Notes: a model not told the origin generated them from the letters alone. A stretch of 62,560 bases of DNA, filler included, from 11 parts of 11 records of this genome joined end to end with filler, not necessarily neighbours in it; one strand, 5' to 3'; positions 23,237 to 36,111 are shown, numbered from the whole stretch's first letter. Program-made: numbers and translations.

Positions 23237-26200
23237 TCAGTCAAGCCCGAAGACATAAGACCGAATCTCTAGTGGCGAGAGTTCGACTCTTGGGCTATTC
23301 GTGACATTATGACCAACCTCTCGCCACTTGCTTGGAGTGCGGATTCGGCGAGTTGACGCAACACCTGACCAGCTTCGCCGCATGACTTGATCAGGCGTAC
23401 GGGCCAGAGAAAGAGTGCGCTCCTCCAACTTGCCCTTCACAAAGTCGATACCCAGAGAAGGCACAAGCAGCTTTGTCAAGTCCACGGTGACACACTGTTG
23501 CTCCGGCCCAGGCTGGCCGATGTGCTGCAGGCGAACACTGCCTTGCGGCTTACCAGAGGGGTAAGAGGGAATGTTCCCAGACTTTATACCAGACTGAAAC
23601 GCACGCCTTGCGAGCCCCAGGAGGTGGACAGATGGGGGCAGTGGGCTGAGTAACGGTGACCAGTCAGCTGAGGCTGGACCCGGCCCACTGTCTGAGGCTG
23701 TATCATCAGAGCTGGCTGTAGGAATGAGCAGAGCCACTGGGTTGGCTCGGCGAAGGACCATCTGTGGCTGCAGCTGCTGCGCCTCGATGAAAGTGGCACG
23801 ATCTGCCGATGGTAGGATGGTCACCACGCCCCTTGCACCATTCTGATCACCGTCGCTCGGCCCTCGCCCGTTCCCGCCAGTCGCATGACGATGCAACACA
23901 TACTCAAGAGAGCCATCGGCTAGAGATGCTGCGGCCCTCGCTCGGTCTGTTAGCATCGACAGCGATCCATCAGCTTGGGTGCTACTGATCGCTGCCCAGC
24001 CTGAAGTGCCATGAAAATTACACCCAATCTTTGATTGCATTGAGTCGAAGTCCAGCTTGGGTGGCTGCGCCCTTTGCGTCCAGCCTGCTTCATCGGCCTG
24101 CAAAATGGCTCCTGTGATCAGCCCAGTGTTGAATCGTGCAACGAGGTCTTGATTCGAGTCCAGAGGCTCTATGAGATAAGCCAGCTCTAACGCCCTCTCC
24201 ACCAGGTCCACGCCAGAAGCCTGATACACGCGCACTGCCTGCCAGGCTTTTGTTGTACCAACAGCAAAGATTGAAGATGTCTCATGCAACACTGGACCTT
24301 CGATGGTAACCGTAGCTGACTTTTGCGGAGGCTTGGGTGCATACTTGCCTGCGGTAGGCCAGAAGCCAGGGTCGTCTTCCGGCCCAAACCGTGCCAACGA
24401 GCTTGCTGGCCCCTGGGGTGAGAAGACGTAAGCATCCGACTGTGAGCCTCCGTCACCACCAGTGCCATCCCAATTGCTCGATGGAGCATCCCGCCCACCA
24501 TTTCCCCAATATAACATCAGATCTTGACCCAACTGCAACTCGCTGCTTCCATTGCCCCTCTGCACAGGATCATTAATATGTACACGATCGAGGAGCCCTG
24601 AAGAGCTCACATCGACTAACACTCTGCTATTTCGCATGGTGAAACCTCTTGTCCCGTCGCCGATGACGACCTTTGATATGTTGACGTTGGTTATTGCACG
24701 GGACTGTGCTGCTTGAAGAAAGTGAGTTACTGAGCCCAGCGCAGGAATGGTAACTCGAAACACGAGCCTTGACAATTGTGGCAAGTCAAGCCTGTGCCCT
24801 GTAGCCCATTGCGCCCAAGCTTCATGCCGTGGGATATGGGAGCCAGGATCGCTTGCATCCAATGATGCATTCCACGGTGCTGGTGGAGCCAGCTGAGCAT
24901 CGATAACCACAGCTCCCTTACCATCCATGAGCACCATATCAGCGCTCGAGCTTCGAACCCGCAGCGTTACGATCTCAGTGCGATCCCAGGCAAGAGGGTT
25001 CGATGCAATTATCCTAACTGGAGTACCAGAATTCGGCAGCTGCAACACGGTGCCATCCTCCGGCCAGTCGCCCTCAAACAACGAGCTTGCGTTCAGGCTG
25101 GCTGCAGCTGCAGGTCTGAAGCAGTACGGGTGCGATGGTGCCGGCACCCAGCAGCAGCCCATCCGGTGGCACTGTGCTTCTCCGCCCGGATTTGGATGAC
25201 AATCCTCGTATGTCTTGACACGGGCACATTTAGGCCCCGTCGGTGATAGAGGGTCTGGATCTAGGGTGGCCGGTGGGATTGGAGGGGTGTGCACAGCAGT
25301 CAGACCTCTGGGTGCGCCTGTCAGTGCACTGGTCGTGTTTGCAATCACTTGCCTTGCCAGCTCAGAGGCATTGCGAAGCATCAGGTGGTATTGAGCGTCG
25401 CACTGATCCCCTCCTGTTCCAGTGATTGCATCATGGTGCTGTGGAATCGCCTGCGTATGACGCCCCCATCCGAGCGCCCCCTCCCACTCTAAAACTGATG
25501 ACATATTGGCCTGGGGTGTGGCGAGTAACGAGAGTATTTCGGCGTGGCGTAGTGTTGAATCCAATTGCCGCAGCGCAAATTTCAGGCCAGGAAATGAGGA
25601 GAAGTAGCCAGACCAGCACGAGTGAACCTATCACGGCAACACACAAGTATCAGTAGCCCACTGACAAATTTGAAGGCTCACCTTCTTCACCAATCCAGCT
25701 TGGCAACACTCGTCGTCGTTGGGAAAGAAATCCCCTTCAACCACTGAAAACTGCAATGCTGAAGGTGTGGCACGTGCGATTGGGTCAGCGGCTGGTGAAC
25801 CATGATGCACAATGTCTAGGTACTGGTCGAGTGTACCATATTTGATGGTGGCGTTCACATCAGTGGAGTGGCTGTTGATCCAGAGAATTATTTTATCCAT
25901 ATTGTTGAACATGATGTGAGCCGATTGTGAGAAAGTCCAGTCGCCTCCCCACGGCAACATGATCGTCGGGCGTGCAGCACCACCTGTTGCGTTACCAGTG
26001 TGAGCATAGTACTGTGTGTTGTTCCTTGCTCGTCTCACCAAATCTTCGGACAGCCGTTGCACATTGGAGGAATTCACTGGTGGGGAGACATCGAAACGTG
26101 GAGCGCTGCTGAACTTCCTCTGGTGGTGATGATACAGCGCCTCCATGCTGCCCTGGCCCTCTGCTACAATGGCTGGAAGGCCACTCTCCCATAAATAGCC

Positions 26201-27063
26201 ATGGCCTGGCCAGTCTGGATCCCCACTGAGCTCCATGTACATCCCTTCACTGTCACACCGGCCGTTAAATCCCCCCCTATTTTAGAGCTGCAATATACAC
26301 CTAGACTAGCCCATGTGCTCACATGATATGTTGGAAAATAGTAGCACCGCCTGCAGCCCAGACGTTCTGAAGCTGCTGGTGCCAATGCCAGCGTGTCTGG
26401 CCGTTCTCTGATCCACCGAGGCGAATAGCTGGGAGGCGTCCAGCACATGTAACGTGAGAATCAAAGCCATACCCTTCGAACAGGCGTGGTGAAACGCCAG
26501 AGTTGCCAAACCTGCCAAACACCGCACCTGAGCCGTGAGGCAGCGGGGTGCAGCAACTCACGGGTCCATGTGCCAGCCAGAGGTCGGGTAGACCCCGAGG
26601 CGGTCAGCCAGCCACTCCTGGCCGAGTGTGGCCTGGTTGATCCGGCCTTGATACGAGGTGCAGCCCTCGTCAGGCTGGACCCAACCGCCCTCGTTGAAGC
26701 CGTACTGGCCGGAAGCCACCATCTGGCGCACTCGGCCCTGGGTCGTGCTGTTCTGGGCGTCAAACCAGTGCGAGAAGAAGTTGATTTCGGCTACGTTGAA
26801 GCTTCGGGATGGGTCAGCGTCCAGGCATTCGAAAATGGTTTGGTACGTCCGGTCGCTGCGGACAAGCACAGATTAGCGGCCACAGTCGCGTGCGTATCGC
26901 ACCACAGGTTGTCGCGGACGTGGCTGTACGTCACGATAAAGCCTGCATCCTGATGCGAGTGGGGGAGAAGGATGATGTCGATCGGGCCCTGGAACGGTTT
27001 CGGTGGGCTGCCAGGGTGAGCCTCCGCAGCCCACAGCACGATAAGCAGGACGAAGAGCTGCAT
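23237..27063 (-). CDS. GH38 (lysosomal-type) alpha-mannosidase with inserted trefoil domain; 4 introns
   Basis: Signal peptide. HSHQD, GGWVQPDEG, WHMDPFG (nucleophile), PWGGDW, WSGYFSS, QHHDAITGT, NPLAWDR, LSPLEIRSY. Confidence 0.9.
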
Positions 27064-27199
27064 TTGAGAGGGCGTGCAATCGGAAGCCAGCGTGTGGCCC
27101 TTGCTTTTAACGGCAGGCTGGAGATCACCGCTCACTGCTCCCCGCCGTGGGGTGTTGCATTTGCCGTCCGTTTGCGAGGAGGTTGGTATATTGCCAAGT

Positions 27200-27886
27200 A
27201 TGCCAGAGGATCTGTCAAAGCTCGGGTGAACACCGCAGTCTGCAGACTGAGTGATTCGGCGCTGGGTATAGGTACATGAAGCTGAAGAGCAAACTTCTAT
27301 CGCTAGGCACACCCAACTCGCCGCCGGTGTCTATGATGAGCTGCTGTGTGCGGCAGGAATGCCTCTCGAGCTGGTGAGGTCGTCCCCAGGTTGCTGCACT
27401 CTGAGCGCCAGTTTAGCTTGGCGCACGGGATCACATTCTGTGTGGTTTTGGGCAGGCAAGCCTACGTTGCTCCACCGCTATGAGCAATGGAGCAATTCGA
27501 ACCCGCTGCAGCCGCCGAAGCCGGAGGGGGGCTGTGAGGTACCAGCAGGAGCTGTTGACAGCAACGATCAAGGCCCGCAGACCCAGCAGGCTCGACTGAA
27601 CCAGGACATTCAACGGGTGGCACAGGAGAGAAAGAACAACACTCAACAATGCTCACAGCCCACCCAAACTGAACCCCTCCCTTCCACGGAGCAGCGGTCT
27701 GAGGTGCTTCGGCCCTCTGCCACTGGTTCTGAGTGCCAATTGGTCGGTGCAGCCGCCAGCATCGACCGGCAACCCCGTGGTGGATGCCGCAGCTCTCAAG
27801 TGCACTGAGATTGTGGCTCGCTGCAGCCAGAGCGGTGCTTAGCACTCACAGCCTCACTGAGTCCTCAATGAGCCTGACCGCATGGT
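27200..27886 (+). CDS. Hypothetical protein with LEM/HeH-like N-terminus, 3'-truncated
   Basis: Spliced MPEDLSKLGYMKLKSKLLSLGMPLELVRSSPGKPTLLHRYEQW, followed by Q/P-rich sequence. The model needs a GC donor at 27307. Confidence 0.4.
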
Positions 27887-28146
27887 NNNNNNNNNNNNNN
27901 NNNNNNNNNNNNNNNNNNNNNNNNNNNNNNTTAATTAATTAANNNNNNNNNNNNNNNNNNNNNNNNNNNNNNNNNNNNNNNNNNNNAATTCAAATAGTGC
28001 TTTTTTCTTCAGAATACCCTGGCCGTGAGCATTGAACAGGTACTTTTCGGGAAATTTTCGTTAGCCTGAACACGGGTGGACTGCAACCGACAGGGCTGGT
28101 AGCGACGTGCCTGCGACACCGACAGCGCTGTTGTCGGAGCAGCGGA

Positions 28147-31100
28147 ATGGAGGGTTCGGTCGCGGAGCAAGCCAGCCGCGACAGCCGGCCGGCCGAGCCA
28201 GGGCTGACCGACAAACTTTGTCTGCACCGGCCCGCCGGGGGGGAGGAGGGCTGGCTGGAGCACCTGGCCGAGGGCTGGTACCGGATGCAGATCAACCAAG
28301 CCCGGCCGATCGCCAACTGGCGGCCGAACAAGGACCGGCTTAAGACCCTGCACGCGGTGCTCTGCCTCTGCCTGAACATCGGGACCGACCCGCCCGACTC
28401 GGGCCGGAGCTCGCCCTGCTCCCGGGTGCAATGCTGGACCGACCCGTTCGCCATGGAGAGCCACAAGGCGCTAGAGCAGATCGGAAAAAGCCTGCAGACC
28501 CAGTGCGGGTCCGGTTAGTGGCTGAGGCTGACTGCTGGCAGGTACGAGCGCTGGCAGAGCAAAGCGGAGTTCAAGCTCTGCCTCGACCCGACTCTCGAGA
28601 CGATCAAACACATTGCGCTGCTCACTCGGCGGAAGGCCAAGCAGGACCGGGTGCTCTTCCACTATAACGGACACGGCGTCCCCCGGCCTACCCACAACGG
28701 CGAGATCTGGGTGTTCAATAAGAACTTCACCCAGTACATCCCGCTCTCGATGTCCGAGCTCCAGTCGTGGCTCGGGAGCCCGGTGCTGTACGTGTTGGAG
28801 TGCTCGGCGGCTGGGAACGTGATCGAGCACATGCTCAAGCACCAGCCCGAGCAGACCGCCAACAGCTGCATCGTGCTTGGGGCGGCGGCAGCCGACACGC
28901 AGCTCCCGAATCACCTGGAGCTGCCAGCTGACCTGTTCACCTCTTGCCTGTCGACTCCGATCCAGATGGGTGCCCGGAGGCTAGTCACGTTCTAAACGCG
29001 TGGCAGGGCTTAAGTGGTATTGCTGGCAGCACAAGGTGATGATGATTGAGCCTGAGCTGATCGACAACCTGCCCGGGTGCCCAATCCCAATCGCAGGCCC
29101 GATCGCGCGGCAGCTGCTTCTCGGACCGGAAGACCCCGCTGGGCGAGCTCAACTGGATCTTTACTGCGGTGACTGACACGATCGCCTGGAACGTGCTGGA
29201 GTTCAAGGTTTGGCGGGCCACGTGCTCAGCCAGCTGGTTCAGGTGTTCCACGAGCTCTTCCGGCAGGACTTGCTGCTCGCCTCGCTCTTCCGGAACTTCC
29301 TGCTGGCCGAACGGGTGTTTAGCTCGCTCGGGGCCCCGCTTTGCTCCTGGCCGAGGCTGCCCCCAACCGCGCACCACCCAATGTGGGAGGCCTGGGATCG
29401 GGCTGTCGACATCTGCCTCTCCCGGCTGGCCGACATCAAGAACGGGCGCGGCCCGGCTGCTCCATCGGCTGGGCTGCAGATCCCATCCTCTAACTCGTAC
29501 TTCTCGGAGCAGGTCCGTGCCTGTATCATCGCTCAGCTAATCGCGGGCAGCTGTCGGCGTTTGAGGTTTGGCTTGAGTACGGCTCAGAGCACAAGGCCCC
29601 CCCGGAACAGCTCCCGGTGGTGCTTCAGGTGCCGCTCGCGCTGCATGCAGCATGCGGCGGGCAGGTGCTGCTGTCGCAGGTGCACAGGGCTCGGGCGCTC
29701 TACCTGCTGGCACGCTTCCTCGACATGGGCTCGTTTGCAGTCAACCTGGCGCTCTCGGTTGGGATCTTCCCGTACGTGCTCAAGCTACTCCCGTCTACCC
29801 CGGCGCCCGAGCTGCGGCACGTGCTCGTGTTCATCTGGGCCAAGATCATCGCTCTCGATCAGTCGTGCCAGAACGACCTAGTCCGCTCAAAGCAGCACGT
29901 CTTCTTCATAGAGATCCTCAAATCGGCCGCCCCGCCTGCCTACTGCGCGATGGCCGCGTTTGTGCTGGCGATGGTGTGCAACGGGCATGCGGCCGGCCAG
30001 AGCGCCTGCTACGGCGACGGGCTGGTCGAGGCGTGTGTGCCGTGGTTCAGCAGCACCGAGCCGCTCCTCCGGCAGTGGATGTGCCTGGCGCTCTCCAAGC
30101 TTTGGCAGGACAACGACACCATAAGGATCGCTGTCTCTTCGACCGACATTCACACGCACTTTCAGCCTTTGCTCTCCGACCACTCGCCACAGGTGCCAGT
30201 CTTGTTGTCAGCAAACTCCAGCCCCAGCCCAGGTGCGGACTGCAGCCGTACACGCGCTGGGGACGCTGCTGGCGCTCCCCGGGGACCACGAGAGCTTTTT
30301 TTGCGTGAAACTGATGGTGAAAGGCTGTGCGGTGATTCCTCCTAATGCAGTGCATCAGGTGGGGAACTGGCTTCTCTCGCTCGCTTATGATGGCTGCACT
30401 GCCGTTCGCCGCGAGGTGGCCCGACTAGACTGCCATGCCTGACTAACTGCAGGTGGTGGTGGCACTGTCCGGCTTCCTCGCAGTGCGCTCTGTTGAGTTC
30501 AGCGCTGCTGTTTCGCGGGTACAACTTCACTTGATGTTTAATGCTTATTGATTACTGAACACAGGTGCAGCTGGAGGAGGATCACAGGGCGCGTCAGCCA
30601 GAGAGCGCGGACGAGAACTCGCCCCGCCCTTCGGCCGACGCTGAAGAGGGTCTGTTCCGGCGGGCATGGTATAACTGATGCTGGCAGTTGCTGACTGCGT
30701 TCAGGTACGTGCTGCTCGCGCTCTCGATGGACCCTCTGCCGGAGATCGCCGCAGTGGCCAACGTGCTGGTCCAGCTCACACTTGCCGCCACCCAGAACGG
30801 ACTACTGCTAGCGCCACAGTCGGCCGGGGCAGCAGGCCCACAGCAGCCGCCAGCCGCCAGCTCGATTAAAAAGTCGACTTCAATGTGCAACGTAGCGCGG
30901 GCCGGCTCACCTTTGCACGAGGCAATGCAGAGCGGTGGGTTCACCCGGGCGGCCAGTATGCTGGACTTTGGGGCGAGCAGCGGGGCACCGGCGAGCAGTG
31001 AATTCAAGATATCAGAGAGCGACTTCTTTGAATGGTGCCGGCAGCAGTGGGTGCGGACCCTGCTCGAGCACAACATCACGGCCGACGAGCAGGAGGAGTG

Positions 31101-32235
31101 GAGCAACAAGAAGACACTCAAGCGGGAGATGCAGATGAACCACTCAGCCGCGGCTGAGTCATTCGCGGTCGAGAAGAAGCCAAAGAAGTTCTCGTCTCAG
31201 ATCGCGATGTTTGACAACACGTGCCGCTGGAGCTCTTTGCTACTGTTTGACGCTAAGGAGCCGTGCCTATATGTGGCCGATTCCAAGGAATTTATTTCCA
31301 CATGGGACTTGCCCTCGGGGCTGAGGACTAATCAGTTCCAGACCCCGACAGGCGGGAGGGTCACCACTCTGCTCTCGCTCAATCAATTCATCCCGGGCAC
31401 GCTGCTCGCTGGGACCGACGACGGCGTGGTGTCGGTCTTCCAGAACGCGCACTCGGCCTCCGAGCAGCAGCTGCAGACAGCTTGGACGGCGGTCCCCGAT
31501 CTGATTTCAATGGGCGCGAGAGGTCCGGGCCTGGTCTGCGACTGGCAGCAGGAGGAGGGGATCTTGCTCGCGTCGGGGAGTGTGAATAAAGTCAAGGTGT
31601 GGGACGTGGTCAAGCAGATGTGCGTGCACGACATGCCGACTAACACCGACTACCCAGTCACCTGCATGGCCTCCACCCAGCCCCGCAACTGCCTCTGGGC
31701 CGGATGCGGCGACGGCGTGATTCGGATCTTTGACTGCCGCCAGCCTGACCAGCTGTCTGCGCTCCCCACCCTGCACGGGCACAGTGGGCCGGTAGTGTGC
31801 ATCCACTTCCCACTCAGCAATCAGAACCTGGCCATATCGGGCGCCCGGCCTGCTGGCAGTCACGATGCCTCGCTCGCCTGCTTCTGGGACCTGCGCCAGC
31901 TGAGCGAGCCGGTCAGCCCCATAGTATATCTAGCACACACAATAGGACCGTATGTGAGCGGTGGTGGACAGGTGAGCCAGTTTCAGGCCTCGGGCTCCGG
32001 CTCGCTCACGGCCATGTCGTCCCACAACTACGCCTCGGTGCTCGCGTGCGGCTTCCAAGAGCAGATGATTAAGATCTTTGACCATCAAGGCAAGGAGTTG
32101 AATAGAATCAAGTACCACGAGGGGTACGTCGGCCAGCGGATCGGGCCGGTCTCCTGCCTAGCGTTCCATCCTTGTTTACCTTATTTAGCGGTAGGAGCGG
32201 AAGACTCTTACATAGCTTTGTTCAAAAGGAAATGA
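28147..32235 (+). CDS. RPTOR: Regulatory-associated protein of TOR (Raptor/KOG1); ~12 mini-introns
   Basis: [97 protein letters not shown]-terminal WD40s ending [14 protein letters not shown]. Confidence 0.97.
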
Positions 32236-33515
32236 TCGCACTATTTAGACAAAATAAATAATTATCAGTATTTACACGTGTATACCCGGCCAGAATGGTA
32301 CATGGCTACTATAGGCCGTCTAGGCGCTACCTAGCTTCAAATACCCAGCGGGAGTAAGGGCCCCCCATCCACACTTATACAAAAGCTAGTGTNNNNNNNN
32401 NNNNNNNNNNNNNNNNNNNNNNNNNNNNNNNNNNNNTTAATTAATTAANNNNNNNNNNNNNNNNNNNNNNNNNNNNNNNNNNNNNNNNNNNNAATAGAGA
32501 GCAATTCGATTATAACAGTGATCAGCTCTGAAAACTGCCCTCTTGCATGCTCATCCAGTCCATCCTGCGTATACCTGCATGACACACTAAATGTGACTTA
32601 TCACGGGTCCCACTTACAATCCAAAGTGAAGAAGCGCAGATACCACAGTCACACAGCTGATCAATAACATATTTGCATCATAAATAGGTGTCTTGTAGTG
32701 TTCAAGCTGGCGCATTGTCTTGACCATTGCGAGCGCATATCGTATTCATCCATTGTCTTAGTTGAGAGTGATAGCAGATGCACATCGTCATCCGAGCAGG
32801 CCAGCTGTGATGCTAACTCACAGTGATGAAGGCGCACAACAGCACCACCGACAAGGTCCTGTGGTGAAGCTGAATCGTGGGATCTGAAGACCAAGGCAGT
32901 GATCTGAGCTGCCGGACCCTGCATGGACCCATACGTACAACTCGACGAACGACGAAGCTCTTCTGGGCGCCCGAGGCATAGTGCTTGAGGACAAGACTGT
33001 CACCGAAGTTGATTCCCACCAGCTGACTCGCCATGCCAGCAGTGCTCTAAAGGCTCCTCATCGGGCTCAGCTATACGGCCTTCTCAGCTGGAGCCGCTAC
33101 CAGCCCTGCCCCCGCAGGCATCTCACCGCCTCGCCCCACATACGGGAAACTGGGAGGGGGGGGTCTCAGAGAAACGGAAGAGGCTAGGAGGTGTCACTGA
33201 CGCTACGGTACTGGCTCGAGAATTGCAGGTGTCAACGCGATTGGAAGCGACAAAGAAGCAGGTGGCGGAGGAGCGGGGCGGCAGAGTATAAACAAGAATC
33301 TCCCACCTAAAACCAAGCACGGGCCATTCGAAGTTAGAGTTAAGTTAAAGTCAACCAAAGTCTCCGAAGTCACACTCCAAGCGCAGTACACACTAGTGCA
33401 CACGACCAGGATGGTCGTGCATGGTATGCTACCCGGGCGATGCGCAAATCGCCATTAAGTTCGAAATCAATCATGTCAGTAAAAAAATAGTTTTTGTTCA
33501 TGAGTTTAACTTCGT

Positions 33516-34595
33516 CTACATACAAGGAATGCATCCACTATTTTGTTCGGTGGTCGCAGACGAGGGTGGCTCAATCTCTGGTCTACTATCCCGTCGAGAA
33601 TGTGAGACGGACATGCATGTGCGGCTAACTTTGCGGCCCAACCTGTCCGGTGTGACCGAGTGAAGTTGAATACTGAGGTTTAGCAACAGTTGTTGCTTTG
33701 TACTCTCCACCTCCTTGACATGGACTAGGCTCACACAGAAGTAGCACTTTTGGGCCCGAGCTTGATAATCAACCCAGAGGTAGGCTGCCCGAGGTAATGC
33801 ATAGTTGATCACCAGAGGCACCTTGCCCTGCAGCCATTCCATATCTGTCTCGATCAGGTCGAGTGCCACCACGAGGCACGGCGACGCTTCCTCCACACAC
33901 CGGTCTAGCGTAGTCATCACATGCATCCGCGTGTGCTCATTGTCTGAATTATTCAGCACCAAACACTGGTCTTCGTCCCAGCCTGCTTGCACCGCCAACT
34001 TCCTCACGACTTTGAGGTCGCGGCTGGACGCTGCAAAGATGATCACCTGGAGCACCTGCACCTGCTTGAGCATGTCGCCCAGCTGCAACGGTCGCTCCTC
34101 CCGCGCGAGCACCTCCACGTAATAATGCTCCGCGCCACAGGCCGGCGACGGGGCGCTCGTGGAATGCCTGAGCGGCGGAGGAGCTATCTCCAGGTCGGAC
34201 ATCCGGGGCGGGCTGACCTCCTTGGGCCTTTTGGCTTCCAGCTCGGCCTCTGTGGCCTTCCAGGTGGCTTGGTCGAGAAGTTTGATGATAGCCTTGTTTG
34301 GCCGGAGGCTCACCTGGGCCTCGGCCAGCGGCGTCTCCCCGTTCTCGCTCTTGGCGGTGACGTCCGCCCCGGCCTGGCAGAGCAGCTGCACCGCCTCGAA
34401 GCAGCCGCGGTACGCGGCCCAATGCAGCGCAGTCCGGCCGTTGTAGCACCGGTTCACATAGATTTTATACTGGGACCTGCTGAGTGCCGGCCGCGCGCCC
34501 TGCAGCTGCTTTTTGAGCTCGGCCCACTCCTCGAAGCAAGCCAGCTCCGCGATGGTTCTCGCCCGGGTCGACCTGGCGGTGATGGCATTCCCCAT
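33516..34595 (-). CDS. Ankyrin repeats fused to a degenerate DEAD-box helicase C-terminal (RecA2-like) domain
   Basis: Start MGNAI. GRTALHWAAYRG..AVQLLCQAGAD, GETPLAEA. Then HYYVEV...QVIIFAAS...VPLVINYALP. Confidence 0.75.
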   Translation of the reverse strand: MGNAITARSTRARTIAELACFEEWAELKKQLQGARPALSRSQYKIYVNRCYNGRTALHWAAYRGCFEAVQLLCQAGADVTAKSENGETPLAEAQVSLRPNKAIIKLLDQATWKATEAELEAKRPKEVSPPRMSDLEIAPPPLRHSTSAPSPACGAEHYYVEVLAREERPLQLGDMLKQVQVLQVIIFAASSRDLKVVRKLAVQAGWDEDQCLVLNNSDNEHTRMHVMTTLDRCVEEASPCLVVALDLIETDMEWLQGKVPLVINYALPRAAYLWVDYQARAQKCYFCVSLVHVKEVESTKQQLLLNLSIQLHSVTPDRLGRKVSRTCMSVSHSRRDSRPEIEPPSSATTEQNSGCIPCM

Positions 34596-34706
34596 ATCCC
34601 GGCCTTCCTCCTGCACGGGGTTGCCGAGCACCACCCGAGCCGAGGCTCGTGCCGTTTGTCCGCCGATTTGTGCGGCGACTGCGGCGGCGTTTTCCCGGAC
34701 GCACCA

Positions 34707-35865
34707 ATGCCACACGTTGGCCTGGTCGCCAGATGTGTGCTGTTGGCGCAGGTAGTGGGCTTGGCCCAGGCGCTCCTCGAGCGCAACCTGGCGTTCATGT
34801 TCGTCAAGCCGCACGCGGTCAACCCTAAGGTGCCCGCCCGGCCGCCCGGGCACACCATCGGCCAGATGATCGCATTCGTCAAGGCGCGCCTGGACCAGGC
34901 CGGGCTGTTTGTGGAGCGCGAGGGCACGCTCTCCGGGCCTGAGATCGCCCGGACGGGCATAATCGAGGAGCACTACGCCGCCATCGCCGAGCTGGCGGTC
35001 CGCAGCCCGCCGAGTCAGATCGGTCTCGGGCAGCCCGGCCGCGACAAGTTCTGGGGGGCTTTCGGGAAGGATTGGGACGAGGCAGTGAGCGAGGGGCTGG
35101 TGGTGAACGTGCGGGGGGCGCTGGAGCGGATGAGCGCCGCGGAGCTGGCTGAGCGGTGGCTGGCCCGGTGCCCGGCGGCTGGAGCGCAGACAGGTGGAAC
35201 GCGGGTGCCGAGTGGAGGGTGAAGCTGGGCTCGGGGATATATGTGCAGCGATTCCCAGGGGACGGGCTGTGGGTGGTCAACGGGTTTTACGCCGCGATGC
35301 AGGCAGATTACGTGGAGGCTACAGGCCAGGTACACTGGCTGGTGGTCAGCTGGGAGGCGGCAAAGCTGGGATGGGACCAGTTCCGGGACAACCTGATCGG
35401 GGCGACTGACCCGAGCACCGCAGACGCGGGTTCGATTCGGGCCGAGGCAGGCAAGCAGTGGGAGCAGCTCGGGCTGCCAGCCGCACCCTCGATGCAGTAC
35501 AATGCTGTGCATGCGAGCGCAGGGCCAGTGGAGGCGTTGAGGGAGCGCATCACTTGGGTGGTGAGTGGGAATGGCCGGCCGAGCGCTCAGCGCCGGGGCG
35601 TAGACAGGGTCTGAGCTTGCCGCTGATAAATTTGTGGTTGCAATGGAGGCTAAGGGCGTGAGGCGGTCGCTGCTCAAGGCTTGGCTAGGCAATCCCAAGG
35701 CGAGTCGGGCCCGGGCAGCCGGCTGAGTGACTGCAGGTCGAGTACCGAGGATCGAACACGAAGGTGTTTGACTTGACCGAGAATAAAGATGCGGCCACGG
35801 TTGCTGAGATTGCCTTGGAAATCCAAAGCCAACTCAACGCCGAAAGAATGGCTGATGCCTTGTGA
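34707..35865 (+). CDS. Nucleoside diphosphate kinase-like protein (long insert type) with predicted signal peptide
   Basis: AFMFVKPHA, VVNGFY, IGATDPSTADAGSIR, NAVHASAGPVEALRER. Introns include GC-AG at 35700-35736. Confidence 0.85.
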
Positions 35866-36018
35866 AACATAATCTTTAGTTTATGCTTGGTTGAAATACA
35901 GTGCTCAAGTGTGTGTAGATCCCGATCGATCGATCGTTCGTCAACAACCCGGAAATCAATCCTCAGTCGTAGCACAAAGGCTGACGTTGGACTCACTCGT
36001 CATCATACGAGTCATAAA

Positions 36019-36111
36019 ATGGCTGCGGTGGTCATGGTTGCCTTGGCGTGCCTGGCCTCGGGCGACCCGGAAGGCGAGCCTGGACCGCTCCCCCGGGGCC
36101 TGGCGATCGGC
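36019..36111 (+). CDS. N-terminus of a probable secreted protein, truncated
   Basis: MAAVVMVALACLASGDPEG, signal-peptide-like, cut by the linker. Confidence 0.4.

Noticed and set aside
28147-32235. Frameshifted pseudogenes or stop-codon reassignment explaining the broken ORFs
   Set aside because: Each break examined is resolved by a short intron that restores conserved motifs, and TAA, TAG and TGA are all used as terminal stops. No recoding is needed.
32493-33500. Possible gene or ncRNA in this lower-GC stretch
   Set aside because: There are short ORFs on both strands, but no recognisable motif or consistent splice model, and no tRNA, rRNA or snRNA signature that I could identify.
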